Shown here piece after piece: positions 48,442-57,310 of a stretch of DNA of 64,000 nt (positions are counted from its first letter, which is position 1; every line of letters begins with the position of its first letter). The stretch comes from a virus, in IMG/VR virus record IMGVR_UViG_3300023084_000004. One strand, given 5' to 3'. The notes under the pieces were generated by a model, which saw nothing but the letters and a program-made list of their open reading frames with translations, did not search any database and had not been told where the DNA came from. The position numbers and the translations under genes are program-made.

Positions 48442-48807
48442 ATGCTAAAACAATTCTTTAAAAAACTAGACAAACTCATGAAAGCTGGTCGTTTTCATAA
48501 AGTAGCTAATAAGTATTTAGCAACCTTTCTCATTGTTCCTTCATTAGCTTTTGCAGATGAAGTTAATATTCGTAATATTGACCATACAACTATAATGACT
48601 AAAGATGCAATGATCATATTAGACAAAAAAGCTGGTAAATTTTGGAATGCAAATTTAGATTGCGAACTTCCAATTACTACCGACTCTAAAGTCAATTTTA
48701 AGACTGCCACAAGGACAATCAAAAAAGGTTCAGAACTAACATTTATTATTGGTTCTAAACAAAAAGATGAGCACCTATGTAGAGTTATAACTCTAGCGGC
48801 GCTTTAA
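48442..48807 (+). CDS. Hypothetical exported-type protein (signal-peptide-like ...PSLAFA|DE; two Cys)
   Basis: AGGAG SD at 48430-48434 favours ATG 48442. Basic N-terminus, hydrophobic stretch, AxA cleavage-like site. Confidence 0.6.
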   Translation: MLKQFFKKLDKLMKAGRFHKVANKYLATFLIVPSLAFADEVNIRNIDHTTIMTKDAMIILDKKAGKFWNANLDCELPITTDSKVNFKTATRTIKKGSELTFIIGSKQKDEHLCRVITLAAL

Positions 48808-49319
48808 TCTCCAGTACTTCCTATTCCTCCAGCGCGGCTTGTTCGTTGCGCTGGTTTCTTACTTGTTTCTTGTATAGAATACGATAAATTCTTTTCTAAT
48901 TTACATTGAGCTAATCGCTCACCACTTACAACTCGTACTATTGAATCAGATATATTTGTTAAAAGTATATGTGTTTCATGGAAATAATCACTATCAATAA
49001 TACCTACACCATTTGTAAGAACTAAACCTTTTTTAGCTGCTACACTACTACGTACATACATTTTAAGTACGTGATCTGGTGGTATGTTAAAAATAAGACC
49101 AGTGGGAACAAATGCTCTATGAGCAGGATGAAGAAGAAACGCAGTTTCTCCTTGAATTTCTTTTGTTAATACTTCTGTTTCTCTATTAACAGAATTAAAT
49201 ACTCGAATCTTTTGTCCTACTTCAAAGAAAGATTCGACGTCAAAGCATGCGGACTCTTCGGTAGCGAGAGCCGGAAGTTTTACTTTTGGAGATGACTTAT
49301 AAACTAATAAAGTGCTCAT
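48804..49319 (-). CDS. dut: Trimeric dUTPase
   Basis: Motifs: ACFDV, RSS, GIIDSDY, GERLAQ, RAGGIGSTG. Confidence 0.93.
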   Translation of the reverse strand: MSTLLVYKSSPKVKLPALATEESACFDVESFFEVGQKIRVFNSVNRETEVLTKEIQGETAFLLHPAHRAFVPTGLIFNIPPDHVLKMYVRSSVAAKKGLVLTNGVGIIDSDYFHETHILLTNISDSIVRVVSGERLAQCKLEKNLSYSIQETSKKPAQRTSRAGGIGSTGD

Positions 49320-49422
49320 TATATAACCTTCAACTATTTCTAGGATCTTGTTGCTGTTTTTTCTTTTCCTCTAATTTTTCTTTATTTAGAGGACAAGGTT
49401 GCTGTTCTTGCCTAGTCATTAT

Positions 49423-49451
49423 ATTATAATACATTCTTTACAGAATGTCAA
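49423..49451 (-). promoter_or_regulatory. Perfect sigma70-type promoter with palindrome in spacer
   Basis: TTGACA-17 bp-TATAAT; ACATTCT-TTAC-AGAATGT inverted repeat at 49431-49448. Confidence 0.85.
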
Positions 49452-49856
49452 CTATTTTTTACCAATATTATACTTTACTGTAAGATCCCAGTCATCTTTC
49501 TCTTTAAATGCAATAATCTTAATTTGATTAAGAGAAGCAACTGGTTCTTTTGTTTTAGCTGGGTCTACTACTTTAATGAGTTCCCATTCTTCTAATAAGT
49601 TTACTATCGTATTGCGTCTTGCGTGGTCTTCTTCTGTAAACGTATTGTGCTTACCATCTAAAATAAACAATTCTTTAAAATGAAGAATTGAATATCTTCC
49701 TTTTTTATGAAGAATATGACATGACTGAAAAAGTTTCTTTTCTTTACGAGAAGAAATTCCAATACGAGTTAATGTCTCTTTAATTTTTAAGAAGGAGTCC
49801 GGTGTTGGTAAAGTAACCTCTACACCCACTCCTCTAAAAATATCTTCGTTTTCCAT
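49452..49856 (-). CDS. regA: Translational repressor RegA
   Basis: PDSFLKIKETLTRIGISS...LFQSCHILHKKGRYSILHFKELF...RRNTIVNLLEEW. Confidence 0.95.
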   Translation of the reverse strand: MENEDIFRGVGVEVTLPTPDSFLKIKETLTRIGISSRKEKKLFQSCHILHKKGRYSILHFKELFILDGKHNTFTEEDHARRNTIVNLLEEWELIKVVDPAKTKEPVASLNQIKIIAFKEKDDWDLTVKYNIGKK

Positions 49857-49913
49857 GATTTATATTCACCTTTATAATTTTAATTTGTGGCATGGTATAT
49901 AACCATTCATTTT

Positions 49914-49921
49914 TATTTATT
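49914..49921 (-). promoter_or_regulatory. Late-promoter variant AATAAATA upstream of regA
   Basis: In AT-rich intergenic DNA, so a chance match is possible. Confidence 0.35.
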
Positions 49922-49932
49922 TTATTTAAGTT

Positions 49933-50325
49933 TTAGCCACCGATGAAAAGACGATCATGTACCGTTTGTAATTGTTCTTTAGATAATACCTTTAAATATT
50001 GTTTCGCAACAGTTCTATTACATTGATATACTTCTTGTATTGCATCAAGATCTTTGTTTTTATCTGCTTTATGCCATTTAGAAAATCTTTTTCTTTTTCT
50101 TAAGACAGACCTATAATAGTCGAATTGAGCACCAAGGAATAATTCATGACGTTGATTCATTTCATTAGCATGTAATATAGTATCTTCGAAATTTGCGAAG
50201 CCTCTGTTGACGATATATGCGTTATATGTTTTTTCTGTAATTTCTGGATTATCACTATTTCGAATGAGATCTTCTTTACTAAAAGAAGCCGCATTCATAA
50301 AATCAAACGGACTTATCTCTTTCAT
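49933..50325 (-). CDS. gp62: Clamp loader small subunit gp62
   Basis: YNAYIVNRGF...ILHANEMN...LRKRKRFSKWHK. Confidence 0.92.
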   Translation of the reverse strand: MKEISPFDFMNAASFSKEDLIRNSDNPEITEKTYNAYIVNRGFANFEDTILHANEMNQRHELFLGAQFDYYRSVLRKRKRFSKWHKADKNKDLDAIQEVYQCNRTVAKQYLKVLSKEQLQTVHDRLFIGG

Positions 50326-50500
50326 TAATTACGTCCTCTAATTGAATCATTATGTCATTAAAGTCTTTTGCGCATTCTTCGCACATAAGCACTTCATGTC
50401 TACCTTCAAGTGTGTCAAGCTTAATCGTATATTCTTCACCTCCTCGCATACGTTTAGCGCAATTGAAACACTTTTTACCATTACTTAATATGCTTACCAT
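50303..50500 (-). CDS. Small zinc-ribbon-like protein (65 aa)
   Basis: CFNC...CEEC; overlaps the gp62 start and abuts the gp44 stop. Confidence 0.55.
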   Translation of the reverse strand: MVSILSNGKKCFNCAKRMRGGEEYTIKLDTLEGRHEVLMCEECAKDFNDIMIQLEDVINERDKSV

Positions 50501-51453
50501 CAGACAAACTCCGATTCCATCATTACCTCAGTTAAGAATGCAACCATATTAATTTCTTGATCTGCTACAAAGTTTGCTTTGTACATATAGTCAGCAAGTG
50601 TAACTATGAAACCTGGTTGTGTACGGAATTCGACTTTAGATGAAGCCATATCATAGATACGACGAAACATTTCGTTCATATCCTGGTCTGAATTTTTTGC
50701 AACCCATTTGCGCATTTCAGTAAAGTTTTTAGCTTTAAGGAAACCAAAAAGTTCGTCAAGTGCTTCTTGTTTAAGATTAACGAATATACCTTCGTCAATT
50801 CTTCCTGATGCTGCATAGGATTGTAGTTCTGTTAATACTCTTCGAAAATCAGGAAAATGTTTTTCAATTACTTTTGCTACGACACTTTTGTCATAAGGAA
50901 CATTTTCTTGATCGAGAATAGCTGTTACTCTTTTAAAGAACTGCATTGCAAGCGCAGGTCTTTGAGATTGTTCAATAGTAAAGTCCACTTCAGAAAGACG
51001 AGATCGAAGTGGAGAAATGATTCTATTCTTAAAATTACATGTAAAGATAAAGCCGCAATTGGCTGAATATTCTTCGATGAAATTACGAAGAGCAGGTTGA
51101 ACGTTTGCTGCGTTCAAATAATCTGCTTCGTCAAAAATGACATACTTTCGACCTGTACCTGTGAGAGATACAGCAGAAGCGAAAGTAGAAATATCATATC
51201 GAATAGAATCGATGTTAACATTAAGTGAACCATTTTTAATAATATAATCACAACCAAGTTCTTCGAGCATGGCTTTTGCGATTGTAGTTTTACCTACACC
51301 TGGTCCACCTGTTAATAATAAGTTTGGAACGTTTCCGTCTGATACGAATTTGCGGAAAGTTGTTTTGAGTTGCTCTGGAAGAATTGTGTCGTCAACTTTT
51401 TGAGGACGATATTTCTCGACCCAGAGTACTTCATTGTTTTTTGCTTCAATCAT
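50500..51453 (-). CDS. gp44: Clamp loader AAA+ subunit gp44
   Basis: LWVEKYRP, GGPGVGKTT, DEAD, PLRSR, FPDFRR. Confidence 0.96.
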   Translation of the reverse strand: MIEAKNNEVLWVEKYRPQKVDDTILPEQLKTTFRKFVSDGNVPNLLLTGGPGVGKTTIAKAMLEELGCDYIIKNGSLNVNIDSIRYDISTFASAVSLTGTGRKYVIFDEADYLNAANVQPALRNFIEEYSANCGFIFTCNFKNRIISPLRSRLSEVDFTIEQSQRPALAMQFFKRVTAILDQENVPYDKSVVAKVIEKHFPDFRRVLTELQSYAASGRIDEGIFVNLKQEALDELFGFLKAKNFTEMRKWVAKNSDQDMNEMFRRIYDMASSKVEFRTQPGFIVTLADYMYKANFVADQEINMVAFLTEVMMESEFV

Positions 51454-51490
51454 AGATCACCTGTTACATAATATAAAAAAATCGAAAGGC

Positions 51491-51514
51491 GGGGGAAGTC
51501 ATTGACTATCCCCC
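51491..51514 (-). terminator. Possible terminator/attenuator hairpin before gp44
   Basis: GGGGGA-AGTC-att-GACT-a-TCCCCC; the U-tract on the minus strand is displaced by about 10 nt. Confidence 0.45.
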
Positions 51515-51540
51515 TATCTCGAGAAAGGTTGGTAATCTTA

Positions 51541-51822
51541 TTAATCGACTACCTTGTCAGCCAAAGGACCTTGAGCTGGCACATCTACATCCACATCTTT
51601 TTCACCTACACTAGGATCTTGCTGTGGAGCATTCTGACGTAGAAAAGCTTCGATTTTATTCCTAAGCATTCCAACACCGGCTAACTCATTTCCTTGGAAC
51701 CCGCCACGTTGAGAGACAATGTCAATCAATTGTAGAACGGTGCTAAGATCGTTGAGATTAATCACGACCTTCTGCTCTTGGCCTTGAGGTTGGCCAAAGT
51801 TACCATTTACTGTTTCATTCAT
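51541..51822 (-). CDS. Conserved hypothetical protein
   Basis: INLNDL...LIDIVSQRGGFQGNELAGVG pattern. ATG 51822 preceded by AAGGTG SD. Confidence 0.7.
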   Translation of the reverse strand: MNETVNGNFGQPQGQEQKVVINLNDLSTVLQLIDIVSQRGGFQGNELAGVGMLRNKIEAFLRQNAPQQDPSVGEKDVDVDVPAQGPLADKVVD

Positions 51823-51836
51823 ATGAATCACCTTTT

Positions 51837-52493
51837 TTAATTATAAGTTGACTTTGAATCAATTGCCACAAAATATGTGACACCTTTGCCCCTGAATTGT
51901 GAGATACCTTTTGCGCAAAGAGTAACCTCATAATCTAGCGGTAAGAGCTTCAAGTTATCAGTTTTAATAATAAACTTGAAGGTATCGTCAGTTTCACCGA
52001 TTTCAACGCCAAAGTCATCTGCGTTTTCATTCGAACTGTCGATAGCTTTCAGAAATACTTTGCCGCTTTCGCCTACAAAAGCAATTTCCGAAAATTGTAG
52101 TACCCCTGCTGCCTTCAATACAGAAGACAAATCTCCTTGTGATACATTCACAACAACATCTTCGGAAGGAAGAGTAATTTCCTTCTCTGGAGGAGTGTGT
52201 ATCATGGAGATATCGGCGTAGACGTACTTAGTACGACGTTTACCTTCAGAGATAATAAAGTATTTATCTTCGAATTCAACGTCGGGATCATTATAAAGAC
52301 TCAAAATTGAAAGAAATCTTGAAAGATCGTATACACATGCATCAGATGGAATTTCATCTGGAATATCTGCAATTGCAATTAGAGTCTTTTCTGGAGTGAT
52401 AGTCTTTAAAACATTACCTTCTTTAAACAAAATAGATTTGTTAATAGAGCTAAAGCTTTTCAAGACCGTCAAGGTTTCGTTAGAAAATTTCAT
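51837..52493 (-). CDS. gp45: Sliding clamp gp45
   Basis: MKFSNETLTVLKSFSSINKSILF...IYDL-type VYDLSRFLS; upstream of gp44/62. Confidence 0.93.
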   Translation of the reverse strand: MKFSNETLTVLKSFSSINKSILFKEGNVLKTITPEKTLIAIADIPDEIPSDACVYDLSRFLSILSLYNDPDVEFEDKYFIISEGKRRTKYVYADISMIHTPPEKEITLPSEDVVVNVSQGDLSSVLKAAGVLQFSEIAFVGESGKVFLKAIDSSNENADDFGVEIGETDDTFKFIIKTDNLKLLPLDYEVTLCAKGISQFRGKGVTYFVAIDSKSTYN

Positions 52494-52526
52494 TATATAG
52501 ATTCTCCGATATTAAAATACTGGTAT

Positions 52527-52555
52527 ATTATATACCAAGTGAGGTTAAATGTCAA
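52527..52555 (-). promoter_or_regulatory. Perfect sigma70-type promoter for gp45 operon
   Basis: TTGACA-17 bp-TATAAT; TGGTATA-TTA-TATACCA palindrome (52521-52537) overlaps the -10. Confidence 0.85.
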
Positions 52556-52559
52556 CTGT

Positions 52560-53420
52560 TTATTTGCCTTTTGTATATGTTTTCTTATTAGAAGAAGCAT
52601 TGGCTGTTGCAGTAACACCAAGTTGTCCTAATGCTGCCATATTACCTTTAAAGATATATGTACCAACATGATTGATTTGCATCCAAGGACACATCCATAC
52701 TGAAAGTCCCATTTCTCTTGATTTCTTACAAAAGAAATAGTCTTCAGATAAGTACCTATTCGTTTCAGGATCAATAATACAATCAAAGAATGCTGTAATA
52801 TTTCGCGATCCATCAAAGTTTTCAGTACGCGCATGGTCTGGTTTGTATGATAGTTCTGGATAATTATCTCTAAATTTTTCAAGAGCTTCTCTTGGAATAA
52901 GCATAAATCCAGTTCCTGCTTCTGATACTTCAACAGGTTCACTTACTTTAAATTCTTTAGTTCCTTTTACAGGATTAAAAACAAAGTCAGAAGTAAATTG
53001 CTCAAGGTTAAAAGGATTTTCATTTGCGAATCCAAGTTCTGCAGCCTTTGCAATTTTTTCCCAAGCAATTGTTTTCTTAGGATAAGGACCAGTTACAATA
53101 TCATATTTTTCTGGATCAGAAGTTTGAATACCTAAAAGTGCTAACGCATCTCTAGGATTAAACCCAATATCACTATCAATAAACAATAAGTGAGTACAAT
53201 CAGATCTCATAAATTCATCTGCAATATAGTTACGAGCTCTTTGTACTAAACTTTCATTAAATAAGAAATAATATCTCATTGGTATTTCATATTTAGTACA
53301 TAACATACTCAAATCGTTAGTTGATTTTGTAAATAAACCTGAACATTGTCCACCATACATTGGTGCACCAACAAACAGTTTATAGTTTTTGAGATCAGTA
53401 ACGGGTATTTTAAGTTCCAT
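52560..53420 (-). CDS. GT-A-like (glycosyltransferase family 2-like) protein
   Basis: VGAPMYGG...ARNYIADEF...THLLFIDSDI (DxD), GTGFMLI, LSEDYFFC...HVG. Confidence 0.65.
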   Translation of the reverse strand: MELKIPVTDLKNYKLFVGAPMYGGQCSGLFTKSTNDLSMLCTKYEIPMRYYFLFNESLVQRARNYIADEFMRSDCTHLLFIDSDIGFNPRDALALLGIQTSDPEKYDIVTGPYPKKTIAWEKIAKAAELGFANENPFNLEQFTSDFVFNPVKGTKEFKVSEPVEVSEAGTGFMLIPREALEKFRDNYPELSYKPDHARTENFDGSRNITAFFDCIIDPETNRYLSEDYFFCKKSREMGLSVWMCPWMQINHVGTYIFKGNMAALGQLGVTATANASSNKKTYTKGK

Positions 53421-53429
53421 AATATATCC

Positions 53430-54032
53430 TTAATCTAAATCAAATTCTGTTCTGTGTAATAGTTGTAATCTGAGAGTATCGATAAGAATATCCCATGAAC
53501 TATCATGCTTTTTAAATGCTTCTTCCCATTCTGGTAATACGAAATCATTTCTTTCTGGAAGATTTAATTTTGCGTCAATCCACGTGCGGGTGTCACGCAC
53601 GAGATAGTATTTACAATATTCATAGAAATGTTGTTTTTTTCCTTGAGAATCAAAAAGACGTGTCATAATGACTGGATCAAAAGCATTTGATCTTGTCCAC
53701 CAATATTTAACATTTGAATCGATAATAAAATTATGAAAGTCATCTACAAATTCTTTTACAGTTAAATCAGTTTTTAAAGGTTTAACTCTATCACGTACTT
53801 CTTTATCTTGTGATTGCCAAAATTCAATAACAGAATTTTCTACTTTATAACCATAATTTTCTACTTGATCTTTTACTGAAAGTTTCCATCTTCGAACTGC
53901 ATTAATATCTTTAACAGTATAAGGTCGCTTTTCAAATCTATCAAAATCAAATACGAAAGCAGAAACATCAACTACAGCACAATCCATAGGTTCAGTGCCC
54001 ATAGTTTCAAAATCAAATATTAAATGTTTCAT
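53430..54032 (-). CDS. DEDDh 3'-5' exonuclease (DexA-like)
   Basis: LIFDFETMG...WWTRSNAFD...VRDTRTW...KHDSSWD. Confidence 0.75.
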   Translation of the reverse strand: MKHLIFDFETMGTEPMDCAVVDVSAFVFDFDRFEKRPYTVKDINAVRRWKLSVKDQVENYGYKVENSVIEFWQSQDKEVRDRVKPLKTDLTVKEFVDDFHNFIIDSNVKYWWTRSNAFDPVIMTRLFDSQGKKQHFYEYCKYYLVRDTRTWIDAKLNLPERNDFVLPEWEEAFKKHDSSWDILIDTLRLQLLHRTEFDLD

Positions 54033-55222
54033 AGGAATGCCTCAAGTGTATCATGCTTTTCAATATAGTCTGCGGTTTGAGTATTATTATACTGCATTAC
54101 GTAGTCTGTGTCAACCATTTGTAGCTCATTATTTAAATATTTTTTTACTTCTGTCGCCATGTCTGTTGCCGTTTGAACGGGAACATTTTGACAAATATGG
54201 TTGAAAGATTTTTTCGGATTGAGTAACTCGAAGTCCAAAGGTAAACCCATGATTGCCATAGCTTCTCTGTAATTAATATAACGATCATCGTCAGGATGAG
54301 TAAGTTTGACAGGATAATGCCCAACAAAAGCACCGATAAAGTCTTTAGGAACAATGGTACCTCTTCGCATAATGTTTCCACCAGCTTTGAGCTTCTCATA
54401 TCTGTATTTACATTTCTCAACTTCTTTTTCATATCCATGTTTTTCCATCCATTCGCCGACTTGAGCATAGTCATGCCCGTATCTTTCTATGTATGCATAT
54501 ACGCATTGACCTCTTGCACTTTGAGGTTCTACCATATCAGAAAATTCTTTATGAGTAATTCCACCATGAATATGTTCTAAAATATATTTGTAATATAAAT
54601 CATCTTGAGATGGAATTTTTGGATTAATACATTCAGTTTGGAAGTTAGAACCTCCTGCGCTTCTTATAACATCTTCAATAGCTGGTCGTTCTTTATTATA
54701 ATATGAAAGTAATGGAGTTTTTTCGCCGCGCCAAAAGAAATAGAATGAACGTTCTCTTACTTGAGATGAACCATGTAATAACGATTTAGTTCTATAAACA
54801 GTCATTGTATAACCTTGTTCAAGACCAATTCGTCTCATTTCATTTCGTATATTTTCACCAATCTTACCAGCAAAACCTGGAGCGTTTTCACCCCAAAATA
54901 CTTTTGGTTTAATTTCACCAAGAACATATTTTGCTGTTTCGATAAGCCATTTATTATTTGGATTATGATCTCCAAATCCTTGAGAAAGCATACTTAATCC
55001 AGCACAAGGACATACAGAAGATATTACATCAACACTCTCTGTAGGTTTCTCTCCTTTGTCTAGGACATAGTAAGGAACGTCGCTATAGTAATTAAGGATA
55101 TGAGAATCGTTGTCCTTGAAGGCCTCGTATGACATCATATAGGTTGGTTTTTCACCAAACGCATTGACTGATCCAATAGTTTCACCACCTATAAGTGGTA
55201 CGATAGAAGCGTGTTTAATCAT
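54029..55222 (-). CDS. DNA cytosine-C5 methyltransferase-like protein with atypical motif I
   Basis: Motif IV SVCPCAGLS, VI WGENAP, VIII SQVRER, IX YINYREAMAIMGLP, X CQNVPV. Motif I reads IVPLIGG instead of FxGxG. Confidence 0.75.
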   Translation of the reverse strand: MIKHASIVPLIGGETIGSVNAFGEKPTYMMSYEAFKDNDSHILNYYSDVPYYVLDKGEKPTESVDVISSVCPCAGLSMLSQGFGDHNPNNKWLIETAKYVLGEIKPKVFWGENAPGFAGKIGENIRNEMRRIGLEQGYTMTVYRTKSLLHGSSQVRERSFYFFWRGEKTPLLSYYNKERPAIEDVIRSAGGSNFQTECINPKIPSQDDLYYKYILEHIHGGITHKEFSDMVEPQSARGQCVYAYIERYGHDYAQVGEWMEKHGYEKEVEKCKYRYEKLKAGGNIMRRGTIVPKDFIGAFVGHYPVKLTHPDDDRYINYREAMAIMGLPLDFELLNPKKSFNHICQNVPVQTATDMATEVKKYLNNELQMVDTDYVMQYNNTQTADYIEKHDTLEAFL

Positions 55223-56222
55223 TTAAAAATTTACTCACTGATACTAATGATGAATTTATGACTTGGTGCATATCTAAATAGACATACATTCCGCATCTTC
55301 CTATAAAAGTGACTTTAGAGTTTTCGATATCTCGATATTGCTTGTATCTTTCACGATTAATACCATCTACATCATTTATGGGATAATATCTTTCCATGTT
55401 ATTGTCTTTATAATCACATGGTTCCTCATAAGTTACTGTAGTGGTTAAGTCGTTTTTACCATGTTCTGGAATGTTTTTCCATTCTGTTACTCGAGTATAT
55501 GGTCCATCGTGTGTAAAATTGACTGTTGCGGTAGGAAGCACTCTTGTTTGTGGAATACTCATTGTATGAAACTTGAGTGATCTGTAAGGTAATTCTCCAA
55601 AGCAATAATCATAATATACATCAATTGGCATAGAATTAAATACGTGATCGTATTCATCTTCCATACTCTTGTTAAACTCTGTTGAAAGTTGCACTGTTAT
55701 ATTCTCATGATTTAAAATATTTTCAAAAAGTTTTGTATAGCCATCTTTTGGCATATACTGATATTTATCTTTCGGAAAATAGTATTCGTTTAGATCATCA
55801 CGAATAGGTACTCTTGCAATAATACCAGGATTTAATTCATCGAGCTCTTTACCCCACATTTTTCTTGTATAAGGTCTAAAGAAAATATCAAGCACATTTT
55901 CTTCACCAACAATTTCTTTAGTTTCTTTATTTACAGGTAAAGTAACATATTGTCCATCATTTAATAAGGCTTTTACTTTATGCTTATATTCTACCCATTC
56001 ACCATATTGCATTAACCAGTTTACAACTTTTTCATTATCTGTATGAAATAAGTGTGGACCATATTTGTGTACACGAATACCATTTTCATCAGTATAATCA
56101 TAAGCATTACCTGCAATATGATTTCTTAAATCAATAACATGTACTTTATGACCAGCATTTGCAAGTTCTCTTGCGTGAACTGCACCCGCAAATCCTGCGC
56201 CAACTACTAAATAATTTTTCAT
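55215..56222 (-). CDS. glf: UDP-galactopyranose mutase
   Basis: VVGAGFAG...HIAGNAYD...HKYGPHLFHT...PYTRKMWG...LPYRSL...YTRVTEWK...RYYP...GRCGMYVYLDMHQVI. Confidence 0.93.
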   Translation of the reverse strand: MKNYLVVGAGFAGAVHARELANAGHKVHVIDLRNHIAGNAYDYTDENGIRVHKYGPHLFHTDNEKVVNWLMQYGEWVEYKHKVKALLNDGQYVTLPVNKETKEIVGEENVLDIFFRPYTRKMWGKELDELNPGIIARVPIRDDLNEYYFPKDKYQYMPKDGYTKLFENILNHENITVQLSTEFNKSMEDEYDHVFNSMPIDVYYDYCFGELPYRSLKFHTMSIPQTRVLPTATVNFTHDGPYTRVTEWKNIPEHGKNDLTTTVTYEEPCDYKDNNMERYYPINDVDGINRERYKQYRDIENSKVTFIGRCGMYVYLDMHQVINSSLVSVSKFLND

Positions 56223-57310
56223 GCGTTTAATACTATTTCAAATTCACTTCTTGTTTTTTCTTTATCTAGAGGATGATGCTTATATAGTGCATCGCGTTGA
56301 CCTTGAGCAAATTCTTGTAATTGTTTCACATTCATAGCTTCAATATCTTCAGCAATACGTGTAGATAAGTATTCATCCTGATAGTAAACAAATAATTCTT
56401 TAGGATCACCAATAAGAATACTTCCTGCATCAGCAACCTGTAAAGGCCTTGCTCTCCACCAACCAGATCCTGAGTGGAAATATCCAGGCATTAAACATCC
56501 CCATTGTTCTGCATATACTTTACACATTTGGTCTTCAGTAAGTCTTTCTGATTTTTCTTCACCGCGCTTTGCACCATAGATATTCATTGGCCACTCTTGA
56601 ATGTTTTGAAGTTTCAACCATTTTCGAGTTTTCTTTTGTACTAACGAAGCAAAGTTCCATTCTAATTTTTTATCTTTTACTTCTACTCCACCACCAAAAA
56701 GTGTTGATACACCAGAAAGAAAATCATTATCTGGAGTACGATTATAGTGATAAGGGTTAGGATTGAAACGATATATTTTATCAGGATTCCAACCGAGATT
56801 GAGCAAACTTAAATCACCAAGATCAAATGCAGAAATTAACAATCTGTTTTCTTTATTTAGCATAATATCACATGCTGCTACAAAATTGTCTTTGTATTTT
56901 TTCAGAGTGTTAATATCATATTGTGTACATTGAAGATCTAAAAGATATTGTCTAAATGCTTTGTCTTCTGGTTCATCAAGGTTTCCACGAAATCCTTGAA
57001 TACCACCATAAATCTGATCAACCTGCCAATCGTCAAATGCAAGAATAGCATCTGGTCTTTGAGATAGTGCGTAACATCCAGAATATAAATTTTGACAGAA
57101 AGATTGTGGACTATGCATATAAAAGATTACTTCATCATAGTGTGAAATATCTTCGCCTAATGCTACTTCTCTTTGCTCAACTTCATATCCCATTTCTCTA
57201 AGACAACGTAATACTGCATATTGAGAAGGTACTACTTGTAATTGCTGTCTTAGAAAAAAGTCTTCAGTACACTGAGCTTTGTTCATTCCAGTGATTAATA
57301 TTTTTTTCAT
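56219..57310 (-). CDS. Putative GT-B-fold glycosyltransferase (363 aa)
   Basis: N-terminal KILITG beta-strand. C-terminal WGCLMPGY...WWRARPLQVADAGSILIG resembles the GT-B nucleotide-sugar-binding half. Sandwiched by ATGA overlaps between the epimerase and glf. Confidence 0.5.
   Translation of the reverse strand: MKKILITGMNKAQCTEDFFLRQQLQVVPSQYAVLRCLREMGYEVEQREVALGEDISHYDEVIFYMHSPQSFCQNLYSGCYALSQRPDAILAFDDWQVDQIYGGIQGFRGNLDEPEDKAFRQYLLDLQCTQYDINTLKKYKDNFVAACDIMLNKENRLLISAFDLGDLSLLNLGWNPDKIYRFNPNPYHYNRTPDNDFLSGVSTLFGGGVEVKDKKLEWNFASLVQKKTRKWLKLQNIQEWPMNIYGAKRGEEKSERLTEDQMCKVYAEQWGCLMPGYFHSGSGWWRARPLQVADAGSILIGDPKELFVYYQDEYLSTRIAEDIEAMNVKQLQEFAQGQRDALYKHHPLDKEKTRSEFEIVLNA

Noticed and set aside
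49330-49419. 29-aa ORF MTRQEQQPCPLNKEKLEEKKKQQQDPRNS between the 49423 promoter and dut
   Set aside because: It starts 3 nt after the -10 element (would be leaderless), is low complexity and has no recognisable motif; it cannot be supported without ribosome profiling.
49892-49906. ATGGT-ATATA-ACCAT inverted repeat upstream of regA
   Set aside because: A 5-bp stem in very AT-rich DNA is compatible with chance.
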